Shown in pieces: positions 9,609-18,726 of a stretch of DNA of 64,000 bases; the stretch's first letter is position 1, and every line of letters starts with the position of its first letter. The position numbers and the translations under genes are program-made. The notes beneath the pieces are model-generated. The model worked only from the letters and a program-made list of their open reading frames with translations, had not been told where the DNA came from and did not search any database. This DNA is from an uncultured Armatimonadetes bacterium (GTDB taxonomy: Bacteria > Armatimonadota > Hebobacteria > Hebobacterales > Hebobacteraceae). The stretch spans positions 2,400,001 through 2,464,000 of the forward strand of contig OY970296.1 in assembly GCA_963716175.1 (NCBI GenBank), in the 5' to 3' direction.

Positions 9609-10362
9609 CTTTGCCCTCCTTTGCCTCCACCAGCAGCTCTGGCACGGTGACGAACCGATAGCCGCGCTTCTTGAGGCCCTCAATCACCAGCGGCAGGGCC
9701 GCCATTGTCCTCCTGCGATCGAGGGCATGACTCGGCTCGCCATCATGCGCCAGGATGATCATACCCGGGCTGATTCTGCTGATCACACGGTCGGCCATCT
9801 CCTCTGGTGTCTTCGACGACCGGTGCTCGAGCGTCACGGTCCACAGGATCATGCGGTAGCCGAGAGCCTGAGCCGAAAGGAAGCTGTCTCCGTCCCACTG
9901 ACCTCTGGGCGGCCGGAACAGGTGCGTATGGACCCCACAGACTCTCTCGATCGCCCGCTCGCAGCCCTCGATCTCGGCCAGGTTCTGCTTCTCGCTCGCG
10001 CCGGTCATGGGCTTGTGGCCCCAGGTGTGGTTCCCGATGGCATGTCCTTCCGCCACCTCCTGCCGCGCCAGCTCCGGGTGGTGCTCGACCTCCCGCCCTA
10101 TCACAAAGAAGGTCACTTTGACCCCGTGCTCTCTTGCCAGCCGCAGCACGGTCGGTGTGTATTTCGGGTCAGGGCCATCGTCGAAGGTTAGGGCCACCAG
10201 CTTCTTGTCAGTGCTCACGCGCCACACGATTTCTCCCGCGCCCCGCTGCACCCGGCCAGGTGGGTCGAGGGCGAGAGGCGCCATGGCCAGCGGAAGGCTG
10301 GCGCATCCCGTCAGGGCGATGACCCATACCGGCAACAGCAGTCTCGCTCTCGTCGTCAGCAC
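9520..10362 (-). CDS. Polysaccharide deacetylase (CE4/NodB), possible lipoprotein
   Basis: TFDDGP, NHTWGH, FRPPRG and ILAHDG; LTGC lipobox-like sequence; start could be 10404. Confidence 0.88.
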   Translation of the reverse strand: MLTTRARLLLPVWVIALTGCASLPLAMAPLALDPPGRVQRGAGEIVWRVSTDKKLVALTFDDGPDPKYTPTVLRLAREHGVKVTFFVIGREVEHHPELARQEVAEGHAIGNHTWGHKPMTGASEKQNLAEIEGCERAIERVCGVHTHLFRPPRGQWDGDSFLSAQALGYRMILWTVTLEHRSSKTPEEMADRVISRISPGMIILAHDGEPSHALDRRRTMAALPLVIEGLKKRGYRFVTVPELLVEAKEGKGEKAVADWVGLPGGVGAGWSRVERGGAQS

Positions 10363-10629
10363 CTGACTATCCGCGCAGCCACTCTCGCGCGCCCTCGTTA
10401 CCACTTAGCACTGGGTCCTTCCTGCCCTGTGACTGGACCATTGGGGCGCCCCAGGCGGCCGGCCCGCCCGTCACCGGGCCGGCGGGCAAGCAGGAGCAGG
10501 CGGCATCACCGCCGAAGCCGAGGCCTCTAGCGCTTAGGCGGCTTCGTCGGAGACAGCTCACATGACGACCTCTGTGGCTAATGGCCCCGTTCGGGCACGC
10601 ACTGGAGCCAAGCGCGGGGGCTGCGGGCG

Positions 10630-11637
10630 GTGATCGTTCGGCGCCAGGTCTACGCCCGGGCCGGCCTGCTCGGCAATCCCTCCGACATGTACGGGGGCAA
10701 GGTCATCTCCTTCTTGATCCGGGATTTCGCTGCCCGCGTTCAGCTCTGGGAGAGCCCTCACCTCACCTTTCGCCTTCATCCCGACCACGATCGCGCCGAG
10801 TTCGCGGACCTGGCGGATCTGGTGGCCTCGGTTCGTCGGCACGGCTATTACGGGATGCAGCGGCTGCTCTTCGCGACCTGTACCCGTTTCGCCTCCTACT
10901 GCCGAGAGCGAGGGCTGCCTTTGCGGAAGGCCAACTTCACGCTGGAATACGAGACCGATATCCCGCGGCAGTCCGGGCTGGGTGGCTCCAGCGCCATGAT
11001 CGTGGCCGCGCTGCGGGCGCTGCTGCGCTTTTACCGCATTCCGGCGAGAGCTATCCCGCCGCGCGCGCTGGCCGAGCTGGCGCTGAGTGTAGAGACGCGC
11101 GAACTGGGCATCACGGCCGGCCTCCAGGACCGGGTGGTGCAGAGCTTCGGGGGCCTCACCTATATGGACTTCTCCGGCCGGCCCGCGCGCTGCCAGCGCC
11201 TCGATTCCGGCCTGCTCCCCAGGTTCGGGATCGCCTACTTGACAGACGAGCAGATCGGGCAGCGCGAGTCGGGGCAGGTGCATGCCCAGGTGCGCTACCG
11301 CTGGGAGCAGGGCGACCCGGAGGTGCGGCGGGTGATGCGGCAGCTGGCGCGGTGTGCCGAGCTGGGGCGAGAGGCCCTGCGCCGCCGCGATCTGGCAGAG
11401 TTGGGGCGCCTGATGAATCGAAACTTCGATATTCGCCGCGGCCTGTTCGGCGATACCGCGCTGGGCCAGCACACCATCGCCCTGGTGGAGATCGCGCGTG
11501 CGGCCGGTTTCCCAGCCAAGCTTCCTGGGTCCAGTGGAGCCGCGCTGGTCTTGCTGGACAGCAAGGAGGCAGAGCGGGCGCTGGCTTCGGCCTACGCGGC
11601 CAGGGGATACCGGTTCACTGCGGTGCGAGGTCTGTAG
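10630..11637 (+). CDS. GHMP kinase of glucuronokinase type
   Basis: ARAGLLGNPSD.YGG, IPRQSGLGGSSA, GITAGLQDRVVQ and AKLPGSSGA. Confidence 0.8.
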   Translation: MIVRRQVYARAGLLGNPSDMYGGKVISFLIRDFAARVQLWESPHLTFRLHPDHDRAEFADLADLVASVRRHGYYGMQRLLFATCTRFASYCRERGLPLRKANFTLEYETDIPRQSGLGGSSAMIVAALRALLRFYRIPARAIPPRALAELALSVETRELGITAGLQDRVVQSFGGLTYMDFSGRPARCQRLDSGLLPRFGIAYLTDEQIGQRESGQVHAQVRYRWEQGDPEVRRVMRQLARCAELGREALRRRDLAELGRLMNRNFDIRRGLFGDTALGQHTIALVEIARAAGFPAKLPGSSGAALVLLDSKEAERALASAYAARGYRFTAVRGL

Positions 11638-11640
11638 CTG

Positions 11641-12606
11641 ATGAGAAAAGACGATCAGGAGGCGTCGGGGCAGATGCCCCCGATAGGGCGGGAGCCAACC
11701 TCCCGTTTGCCGGGCGGGTGGCGGAGCGAGCGCGGGCGGAGCCCGCGCATAGTGAAGGCAGTGGTGCCAGCGGCCGGGCGGGGCACCCGCTTGCTGCCGG
11801 CTACCCGCTCGCAGCCGAAGGAGATGCTGCCTGTGGGCCGCAAGCCCACCATTCAACACGTGGTGGAGGAGCTTGCCGCGGCCGACCTGCGTGAGGTGCT
11901 GCTGATCTCGGGCCAGGGCAAGCGCGCTATCGAGGATCATCTGGACCGCGACGTGGGGGAGAACGAGCTGAGCGACGAGCCCTGGACGCGCCTGCGCCTC
12001 TTCCATGCGCGGCAGAGTGTACCTCGCGGCCTCGCCGACGCGATCAGCATCGCCGAGCCGTTCGCCGCAGACCAGCCTTTCGTGGTGGCGCTGGGCGACT
12101 CGATCATCGTCTCCCGCGCCCGCCAGCCGCTGCTCAAGCGCATGATCGCGGTGCACGAGCGCCACCGGCCGGCGGCCACCATCGCGGTGGAGATGGTGCC
12201 GCGGGCTTCCGTGAACCGCTACGGGATCGTCGCGCCGAAAGGTGCCGTGGACAGCGTCTTCGCCATCAAAGACATCGTAGAGAAGCCGGCGCCTGAGCGC
12301 GCGCCCAGCAACCTGTCGGCCGCGGGCCGCTACGTATTAGAGCCAGCGATCTTCGATGCCATCCGGCGCACCAAGCCGGGAGTGGGGGGCGAGCTCTGGC
12401 TGACCGACGCCCTCCGGGTGCTATTGCGAGACGGGAACGAGGTGCTCTGCGTCAAGCTGCGCAGCAGCGAGCGGCGCCTGGATATCGGCAACTTCCTCAG
12501 CTACTTCCAGGCCTTTCTGGCGCTCAGCCTGAGCGATCCGGAGCACGGGCCTGCCCTGCGCAGATGGGCGCGAGCCCTCCTGCGGCGCTCGCGCAGGGCG
12601 GGATGA
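11641..12606 (+). CDS. GalU-like sugar-1-phosphate uridylyltransferase
   Basis: KAVVPAAGRGTRLLPAT..PKEMLP, VEKP, GRYVL and GGELWLTD; true start may be slightly downstream. Confidence 0.88.
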   Translation: MRKDDQEASGQMPPIGREPTSRLPGGWRSERGRSPRIVKAVVPAAGRGTRLLPATRSQPKEMLPVGRKPTIQHVVEELAAADLREVLLISGQGKRAIEDHLDRDVGENELSDEPWTRLRLFHARQSVPRGLADAISIAEPFAADQPFVVALGDSIIVSRARQPLLKRMIAVHERHRPAATIAVEMVPRASVNRYGIVAPKGAVDSVFAIKDIVEKPAPERAPSNLSAAGRYVLEPAIFDAIRRTKPGVGGELWLTDALRVLLRDGNEVLCVKLRSSERRLDIGNFLSYFQAFLALSLSDPEHGPALRRWARALLRRSRRAG

Positions 12607-12975
12607 CTGACCCCGGCCAGGCGACATCCGCCACTCCCTGGCCGGAATCACCACGGCGAGAGAGCTGCTTGGCTACCAGGTGAGGCTGTCCCCTCGCGAG
12701 GGGCCCGAGCGCACCGTCGCCTGGTATCTTCAGCAAGACTCCTGAGGCCAGGCCGCGGCCTCCACCAGATGGCACGCTCGCCACCCTTGATCGGTCGCTG
12801 CCCCCGGTGTAGATTGGTGTTCGGGGAATACAGGCGAGGAGATGTCTTGTGCGAAGCTACCGTCTCTGGTTCACCGGCTCGCCGGCCTGGCTGGTAGTGC
12901 TGGCGATTATCAGCTTCCCGATTGGATGCGCGGCGGCGTTTCTCTATCTGCTCTGCAACTTCAGGGTCGAGGTGA

Positions 12976-14436
12976 GTGAACAGCCCAAGCAAGCCCAGTA
13001 GTGGCCTATGCTGGCGCATCATCAGAGCCGTCCTGGCGCTGGCACTTGTCTCCGGCCTAGGGACCTGGCTTGCGCCAGGGCTCGGCCTGGCCTCCTCCCA
13101 TGGGCGGCGCACCACTCCCCCGCAGGTCGAGCCGCGCCCACCGCTAGCGTGGACGCCCACCCGGCACGACCGGCTCCTGGTGCTGGCGCCCCACCCCGAT
13201 GACGAGTCTGCCGCCTGCGGCGGCCTCACAGTCCAGGCTCTGCAGGCAGGCGCAGCGGTGCACGTGGTCTACGTGACCAATGGCGATGGCTTCCGGGTGG
13301 CGGCAGAGCGGGTCTTCGAGAAGACCCGCCTCTCTCCCAGCGATTATCTGAAGCTCGGCGCCATGCGCCAGCGCGAATCGCTCGGCGCTCTCGCCCGCCT
13401 GGGGCTGAGCAAGAAGGATGTGACCTTCCTCGGCTATCCCGACAAGGGCCTTGACCAGATGTGGCTGCACTATTGGGGAAGCGAGCGCGCCTACACCAGC
13501 CGTTACACCAAAGAAGACCACAATAGCTACCGCGACTCGCTGCGTCCGGGAGGGCCCTATTGCGGCCGGGCCTTGCTCGATGATCTGGAGGCTGTGATGC
13601 GGCGCTTCCGGCCCACGGTCGTCGTCGCTCCTCACCCCGGGGACGCTCACGGAGACCACTGGGCGCTCTACTGCTATACCGTGGCTGGCCTCTACGAGCT
13701 GGGGCTGCTAGACCGCGTCGAGCTGCGTCTCTATCTGGTGCACCGGGCCGATAAGTGGCTGTCCCCCAAGGGTGGATTTCTCGACCCGACTGCCCCTCCC
13801 CAGCAGAGCGATGAGCTAGGCACCCGCTGGTCGCTGCTCCCTCTCAGTCCCGAAACGGCACGGCGAAAGCGGGAGGCCATCATGCAGCACCACACGCAGC
13901 TGTTGGTGATGAGGGACTTCCTGCTCAACTTCGCCAGGAACCGGGAGCGTTTCGGTCAGATCCCCTTTGGCCGCCTCGCCGACGTGGCGCCTGGTGCCAT
14001 CCGCGTGGATGGAAAGGGGGACGACTGGGCGCAGCTCCCGCTCGCCCTCCCGGGCCGAGGTTCGCAGCCAGGCAAGCGAGTGCCCGCGGCCGCTCATATC
14101 ACTCAGGTCCAGGTGGCGCGGGACCCGCGCAAGCTCTTCGTGCTCCTGGATCTGGGCGGTTCAGCGTCGGCAGACCTTTCCTATCAGGTCCACCTTCGCC
14201 TTCTCTCCCGGGGCCAGGCGGGGCCGCCCACGACCTATGTCCTGCATCCCGGGCGGCAGTGTCCTGGCGTTGAGTTCCACGTACAGGGGAGTCGGCTCGA
14301 GCTGTCCCTGCCCTGGCCCCACCAGAGTCCATCTGATGCCATCATGCTGTCAGCCGACAGCTGGCGCGGTTCCTCCGGGCTCGACAGCACGCCCTGGGTC
14401 GTGCTGAGAGCGCAGCCTGTGGTAAGCGCCCATTGA
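12976..14436 (+). CDS. PIG-L/LmbE-family deacetylase, exported, with C-terminal beta-sandwich (VDG..DDW) domain
   Basis: APHPDDE, VTNGDG, FLGYPD and DAHGDH; N-terminal hydrophobic segment. Confidence 0.88.
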   Translation: MNSPSKPSSGLCWRIIRAVLALALVSGLGTWLAPGLGLASSHGRRTTPPQVEPRPPLAWTPTRHDRLLVLAPHPDDESAACGGLTVQALQAGAAVHVVYVTNGDGFRVAAERVFEKTRLSPSDYLKLGAMRQRESLGALARLGLSKKDVTFLGYPDKGLDQMWLHYWGSERAYTSRYTKEDHNSYRDSLRPGGPYCGRALLDDLEAVMRRFRPTVVVAPHPGDAHGDHWALYCYTVAGLYELGLLDRVELRLYLVHRADKWLSPKGGFLDPTAPPQQSDELGTRWSLLPLSPETARRKREAIMQHHTQLLVMRDFLLNFARNRERFGQIPFGRLADVAPGAIRVDGKGDDWAQLPLALPGRGSQPGKRVPAAAHITQVQVARDPRKLFVLLDLGGSASADLSYQVHLRLLSRGQAGPPTTYVLHPGRQCPGVEFHVQGSRLELSLPWPHQSPSDAIMLSADSWRGSSGLDSTPWVVLRAQPVVSAH

Positions 14437-14466
14437 GCTTCGCCATCCGGCTGAACCCGGCTGCGC

Positions 14467-15598
14467 TCAGTAACGGCCGTAGCTTCTGGCCGTCTCCACC
14501 ATGGCCCGGATATTGGCATCCGGGGTATCCCGGCCGCACTGGTCGCCTGTGGACAGGATGAACCGGCCCCCGGCCGCGGCCGCGTCAATCGCTCTCTTGC
14601 TGGCCGCCATCACCTCCTCCGCCGTTCCCCGGAGCATGATATCGGTGGTGTGCAGGTTTCCCTTCAGCACGATCTTGCGGCCGTACCTCGCCTTCAGCTC
14701 CGCCAGGTCGCAGTCTCCCATCGGTGGCGCCTCCAGAGGATCTATCACCGTGAGCTTGGTCTCCTCGGCTGCCATTCCCACCAGGGCGCGCTCGGGGCCG
14801 CAGGAATGCACATGTGTCGGGAGGCCCAGATCGTAGGCCATCTCCGTGGCGCGCTGGAGCACAGGGAGGGCCAGCTCGCGGAAAATTGCAGGCGTCTGCC
14901 ACACCAGACTGCCGGACCCGCCGCACAGCAGCACGTCCGGCCGCGGGTCCATCTTCGCGATCTTCTCCATCCTCTCTTCCACTCGCCGGATGGTCTGCTG
15001 CGTCAGCTCCCGCCACGGCCTGGGGTCATCGTAATAGGAGTAGATCTGATCCGGATTGTTCAGGACGATCGTGCTCGCCCCGCTGTTCAGGCCCAGCACC
15101 CCCTGGTCTCCCATCTCCTTCCGCATCAGCTTCCAGCGCTCCAGCCCGACCGGCCACGGTTTCACCCCCTCGATCTCCTCCCACTCGCTTGGCACCGGTG
15201 GCAGGCCCAGCTTCTCCGGCAGAACGTTGGTGGCTGGTGGGTTGTCGGCAGTGTGCACCACCACATGGCGACTCCAGGCGTCACTTTCCGCGTGGTAGTC
15301 CTGAGTGACGAAGCTGCCATCCTTCCGCCGCATCACGATCCTCGTCTGCCAGCCGCTATCCGTGCCATCCAGCACATCCACTGGCCCGAAGTCGTAGAGC
15401 TCGAAGCCTCCGTCAATGTCGAAGTGCTTGACGGCCTCGATATAGGCCTTCCATAGGGGAGGATCCTCGTAGACGTAGATGTCCCAGAAGGGCTTTCCTG
15501 TGAGCCGGCACGGCACCATGTTCGAGATGTCCGGGCAGCACGGAACGCAGTCCGGAATCTCCCCTCTCATCACCGTCAGCAATCTCTCGCGAGGTCAT
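14467..15598 (-). CDS. Uroporphyrinogen decarboxylase/MtaA-like (URO-D superfamily) protein with apparent 5' frameshift
   Basis: HVHSCG, LKGNL, GGRFILSTGDQ and TPDANIRAM; ATG 15598 (MTSRE) is out of frame with the body, which is open from 15582. Confidence 0.85.
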
Positions 15599-15792
15599 GC
15601 CGAGTTCCACCCATGCAGCTCTGACCCGATGTCTTCCGTCAGCGGCTCCTCGCAACCTTCCCGCCGCACGTCACCCAAGCAGGCGCACTTGCTGGTGAGC
15701 ACGCGAGGACTCACCCACGCGCCGACGAAACCGCGTTCGGATGTCCGAGATCTCCTGGTGCTGGACGGCCTGGCAGAGCGAGCGGATCTGAG

Positions 15793-16365
15793 ATGACCAC
15801 GCCCGCCGCCGACAATGCTCCCATCGTCTTCACTATCGGTCACTCGACGCGCACCGCGGCTCAGCTGATTGAGCTGCTGCGCGCCCGCGGCGTGACCAAG
15901 GTGGTGGACGTGCGCACCGTGCCCCGCTCTCGCCACACGCCGCAGTTCAACCGCGAGACCCTACCTCAGGTTCTGCAGGCGGCTGGCATCGGCTATCTGC
16001 ACCTGCCTGGGTTGGGAGGTCTGCGCCATTCCCACAAGGACTCGGTGAACACGGGCTGGCGCAATGCCAGCTTCCGCGGGTATGCCGACTACATGCTCAC
16101 GCCGGAGTTCGAGCAGAGCGTGAGCGCGCTGATTGAGCTGGCCCGGCGGGAGCGAATCGCCATCATGTGCGCGGAGGCAGTGCCCTGGCGCTGTCACCGG
16201 TGGCTGCTTGCGGATGCCCTGAGCGTGCGGGGAGTCCGGGTAGAGCACATCATGAGCTTGACCCGGTCCGATCCTCACTCGCTCACCTCGTGGGCCAAGG
16301 TCGAGCGCACGCGCATCACCTACCCTGGCCTGGGGGAGCAGTCCGCACTCCCCGGTGTGCGATGA
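15793..16365 (+). CDS. DUF488-family protein
   Basis: FTIGHSTR, VDVRTVPRSR, LGGLR and MCAEAVPWRCHR. Confidence 0.9.
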   Translation: MTTPAADNAPIVFTIGHSTRTAAQLIELLRARGVTKVVDVRTVPRSRHTPQFNRETLPQVLQAAGIGYLHLPGLGGLRHSHKDSVNTGWRNASFRGYADYMLTPEFEQSVSALIELARRERIAIMCAEAVPWRCHRWLLADALSVRGVRVEHIMSLTRSDPHSLTSWAKVERTRITYPGLGEQSALPGVR

Positions 16366-16432
16366 CTGGCCAAGGAGCGGGTCCTTCCTTGGCAAACTGG
16401 ACGCGGGGCAAGCGGGCCCAGGAGGCCGAGCT

Positions 16433-17026
16433 ATGTTCATTGACTATGTCTCGCTGCTGCTGATCAACACCATGATTGGCTATTTCCTGCTGGCGGGATA
16501 CGTCTACTCCGGTCTCGATGACCGGGACCAGGGCAAGTGGGCAGTGGGGTTCCTCATGTCAGGGCTGATCGCAGTCGTGTTCGGGGGCCTCGTGGCCGCC
16601 ACTTGGCCGCTGCCTGGCCCCTATGACACGGCCTATGGCGAGATGTCTGTGCTGCTGGGGATCATCTTCCTGGGGGCAGGCCTGGCCATGGTCAGAGGCT
16701 GGAGCATGCTGCTCGTCGCCGTCTACGGCTTCTTCGCCGGATGGGCGGCCGTGGTGATGGGCATCCGCATCATCCAGCTCAAGCTGACCCTCGTCCCGGG
16801 CTTGGCAGGCGTGGGGTTCATCCTCTCCGGCCTGGCCGGCGTGTTTGCCGCGCCGACCCTGAGCTTCCTGAGGAATCACCGGCCTTTCCGCACCCTGGCT
16901 GCCATCGTCCTCTTCGTCACCGCCCTGGTCTGGGCTGTCGTTGTGTACCCCGAGTACTGGTTCCACATGCAGCAGTTCGGCAAATGGGTGCCGCTGGTCT
17001 CTCGCGCTGCTGCCATTCGCCCCTGA
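16433..17026 (+). CDS. DUF981-family membrane protein
   Basis: MFIDY start after GGAGG, TWPLPGPY motif and several TM helices. Confidence 0.8.
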   Translation: MFIDYVSLLLINTMIGYFLLAGYVYSGLDDRDQGKWAVGFLMSGLIAVVFGGLVAATWPLPGPYDTAYGEMSVLLGIIFLGAGLAMVRGWSMLLVAVYGFFAGWAAVVMGIRIIQLKLTLVPGLAGVGFILSGLAGVFAAPTLSFLRNHRPFRTLAAIVLFVTALVWAVVVYPEYWFHMQQFGKWVPLVSRAAAIRP

Positions 17027-17054
17027 GCCAGGGCGAATCCAGGGTCCGGGAATG

Positions 17055-17085
17055 ACGAGAGCCCCGGCTGTGCCGGGGCTCTCGT
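17055..17085. terminator. Hairpin between convergent genes, probable bidirectional terminator
   Basis: ACGAGAGCCCCGGC-TGT-GCCGGGGCTCTCGT, a perfect 14-bp stem. Confidence 0.7.
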
Positions 17086-17107
17086 TGCTCTCACAGGTCT
17101 AACTGGC

Positions 17108-17305
17108 TCAGAGAGGCCGAACCTTGGCGGCCCTGGGACCCTTGGGACCCTGCTCGACCTGAAGCTCGACTTCCTGGCCTTCACGCAGGGAGCGGAACCC
17201 CTGGCCCTCGATCGCCGAGTGGTGAACGAAGATATCACCCTGGGCGGTCTCGATGAAGCCGAAGCCCTTGGCATCGCTGAACCACTTCACTTTGCCACTG
17301 ATCAT
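17108..17305 (-). CDS. cspA: Cold-shock protein
   Basis: [21 protein letters not shown] and GPKGPRA; 65 aa. Confidence 0.95.
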   Translation of the reverse strand: MISGKVKWFSDAKGFGFIETAQGDIFVHHSAIEGQGFRSLREGQEVELQVEQGPKGPRAAKVRPL

Positions 17306-17428
17306 TAGCCGATCTCCTTTCCGAAAGCTCGAACGTTAGGCAGGAGGTCGGCCGGTACTGAACGCTTTCCTCACCCCACAGTCCTGAGGCTTTCCGAGTT
17401 CGCGGCGCGCGCCAAACGCACCAGCCTG

Positions 17429-17457
17429 ATGCTACCCTCAAAACCATAGTCTGTCAA
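17429..17457 (-). promoter_or_regulatory. Sigma70 promoter of the csp gene, giving a ~115-nt 5' UTR
   Basis: TTGACA-N17-TAGCAT on the minus strand; long leaders are typical of csp genes. Confidence 0.75.
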
Positions 17458-17487
17458 GCGCATTCGGAAGTCGGTAGTGGGTCAGTC

Positions 17488-18312
17488 TCAGGGGAGGAGT
17501 CTCACAATTTCTTCGACTGACCAGACATGATCGGCCACACCCGCCGCGACCGCCGGGCTTGTCTTGAGCGTCTGGTGGACCCTGGCGAAGTTGTAGTACA
17601 TGAAATGCAGCGAGACGGCGCAGAAGTGGTTCTCCAGCTTCTTTGAGAAGGCGTTGGTTAGCCGGGTGAACCGGCCCAGGCCCATCCGAACGGTCAGATT
17701 CTGGCGCTCTACGTAGCTGGTAGAGATGTGCTTGGGGTCGGGCCTGCCCATGATCGGCGTTCTTTCGGCAGCTATGCACACGGGCGGGCTGTATCGCTTC
17801 TCGCCTTCGGCGTCCTGGCCGTACAGCTTGACTAGCATGGCATAGTCAGTATTGGCCCCGAAGACCTCTTCCACGGCACTCAGATAGACCTTCAGGCCGT
17901 CTGTGGTTAGCTGGACACGATTGGCCAGGCGGGATTCCAGGTCGGTGATAAGGTCATAGGCGGCTGTAGCGTCCCTCTCGCCGACCTGCCAGCAGATCAT
18001 CAACTTGCTGTCGGCGTCCATTGCCGTCCACGTCCACACGTCGCCAACGCCGAACTGCCCGCGCCTGTGCTCCGGGACGTTCTTCTCCTTGGCCCCGACG
18101 AAGGACCAAATCTCGTCGCACTGGACGCGCTTGGTGGCGAGGCCGCGCAGGGCCTGGTTCTGGTACTCCCAACAGGCGTGACCAAGCTCCACGAGAAGCT
18201 TGGTCACGGTGTTCTTCGCTGCCCCGGTTATGCGAACCGTAGAGCGGATCGAGTTCCCTTCTACCAGACAGCGGATAACAGCGGCTCTGCGCTCAGACGA
18301 TAGCTTGTTCAT
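17488..18312 (-). CDS. IS1-family DDE transposase (single ORF, N-terminal HTH)
   Basis: VQCDEIWSFV, LTTDG and STSYVERQN.TVR...RFTRLTNAFSKK; stop codon lies inside the IR. Confidence 0.92.
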   Translation of the reverse strand: MNKLSSERRAAVIRCLVEGNSIRSTVRITGAAKNTVTKLLVELGHACWEYQNQALRGLATKRVQCDEIWSFVGAKEKNVPEHRRGQFGVGDVWTWTAMDADSKLMICWQVGERDATAAYDLITDLESRLANRVQLTTDGLKVYLSAVEEVFGANTDYAMLVKLYGQDAEGEKRYSPPVCIAAERTPIMGRPDPKHISTSYVERQNLTVRMGLGRFTRLTNAFSKKLENHFCAVSLHFMYYNFARVHQTLKTSPAVAAGVADHVWSVEEIVRLLP

Positions 18313-18318
18313 ACTGAC

Positions 18319-18410
18319 CAGTATACATGAGCGAAGCCCATTTGTCAAGTATCGAATCATAAAATTCTATGATTCCATGATTGACAAATCCGGGTACACG
18401 GTATATACTG
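18319..18410. promoter_or_regulatory. Symmetric divergent promoters for transposase and higBA with a central operator-like inverted repeat
   Basis: TTGACA-N17-TATACT on both strands; GAATCATA-N6-TATGATTC at 18354-18375. Confidence 0.85.
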
Positions 18411-18415
18411 ACGGC

Positions 18416-18712
18416 ATGGAGGTAGTCTTCCAAGATTCCGCATTGGACCGACTAGAGAGTGGCGAGGGCGCGGATGGTGCCTATCAGCCCGGAATCGTCA
18501 GGGTGTTCCGGATGCGTATGCAACAGATCAGGGCCGCCGCGGACGAGAGGGATTTCTATCAACAAAGGTCTCTGCGGTTTGAGAAACTCAAAGGACGTCG
18601 AGCGCACCAGCATTCAATGCGCCTCAATGACCAATGGCGACTCATTCTGGAATTCAGAGGAGACGGGCCGAGTAAGGTCGTGGTGATCGTTGCCATCGAG
18701 GATTACCACTGA
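18416..18712 (+). CDS. higB: HigB/RelE-family toxin
   Basis: SLRFEKLKG.R.HQHSMRLNDQWRLI...IEDYH; toxin-first gene order. Confidence 0.9.
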   Translation: MEVVFQDSALDRLESGEGADGAYQPGIVRVFRMRMQQIRAAADERDFYQQRSLRFEKLKGRRAHQHSMRLNDQWRLILEFRGDGPSKVVVIVAIEDYH

Positions 18713-18726
18713 GGGAGATGTAGTAT

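Noticed and set aside
10405-10560. Possible SRP or other ncRNA (CAGGGCAGGAAGG on the minus strand)
   Set aside because: Lacks the full SRP domain IV consensus and a convincing long stem.
14467-15598. URO-D-like genes as hemE of haem synthesis (hemL is in the window)
   Set aside because: They lack the HemE MRQAGR motif and are not linked to hemL.
18200-18415. N-terminal extensions of HigB (170 aa) and the transposase (290 aa) in the ORF track
   Set aside because: They run through the promoter region; homology and promoter positions point to starts at 18416 and 18312.
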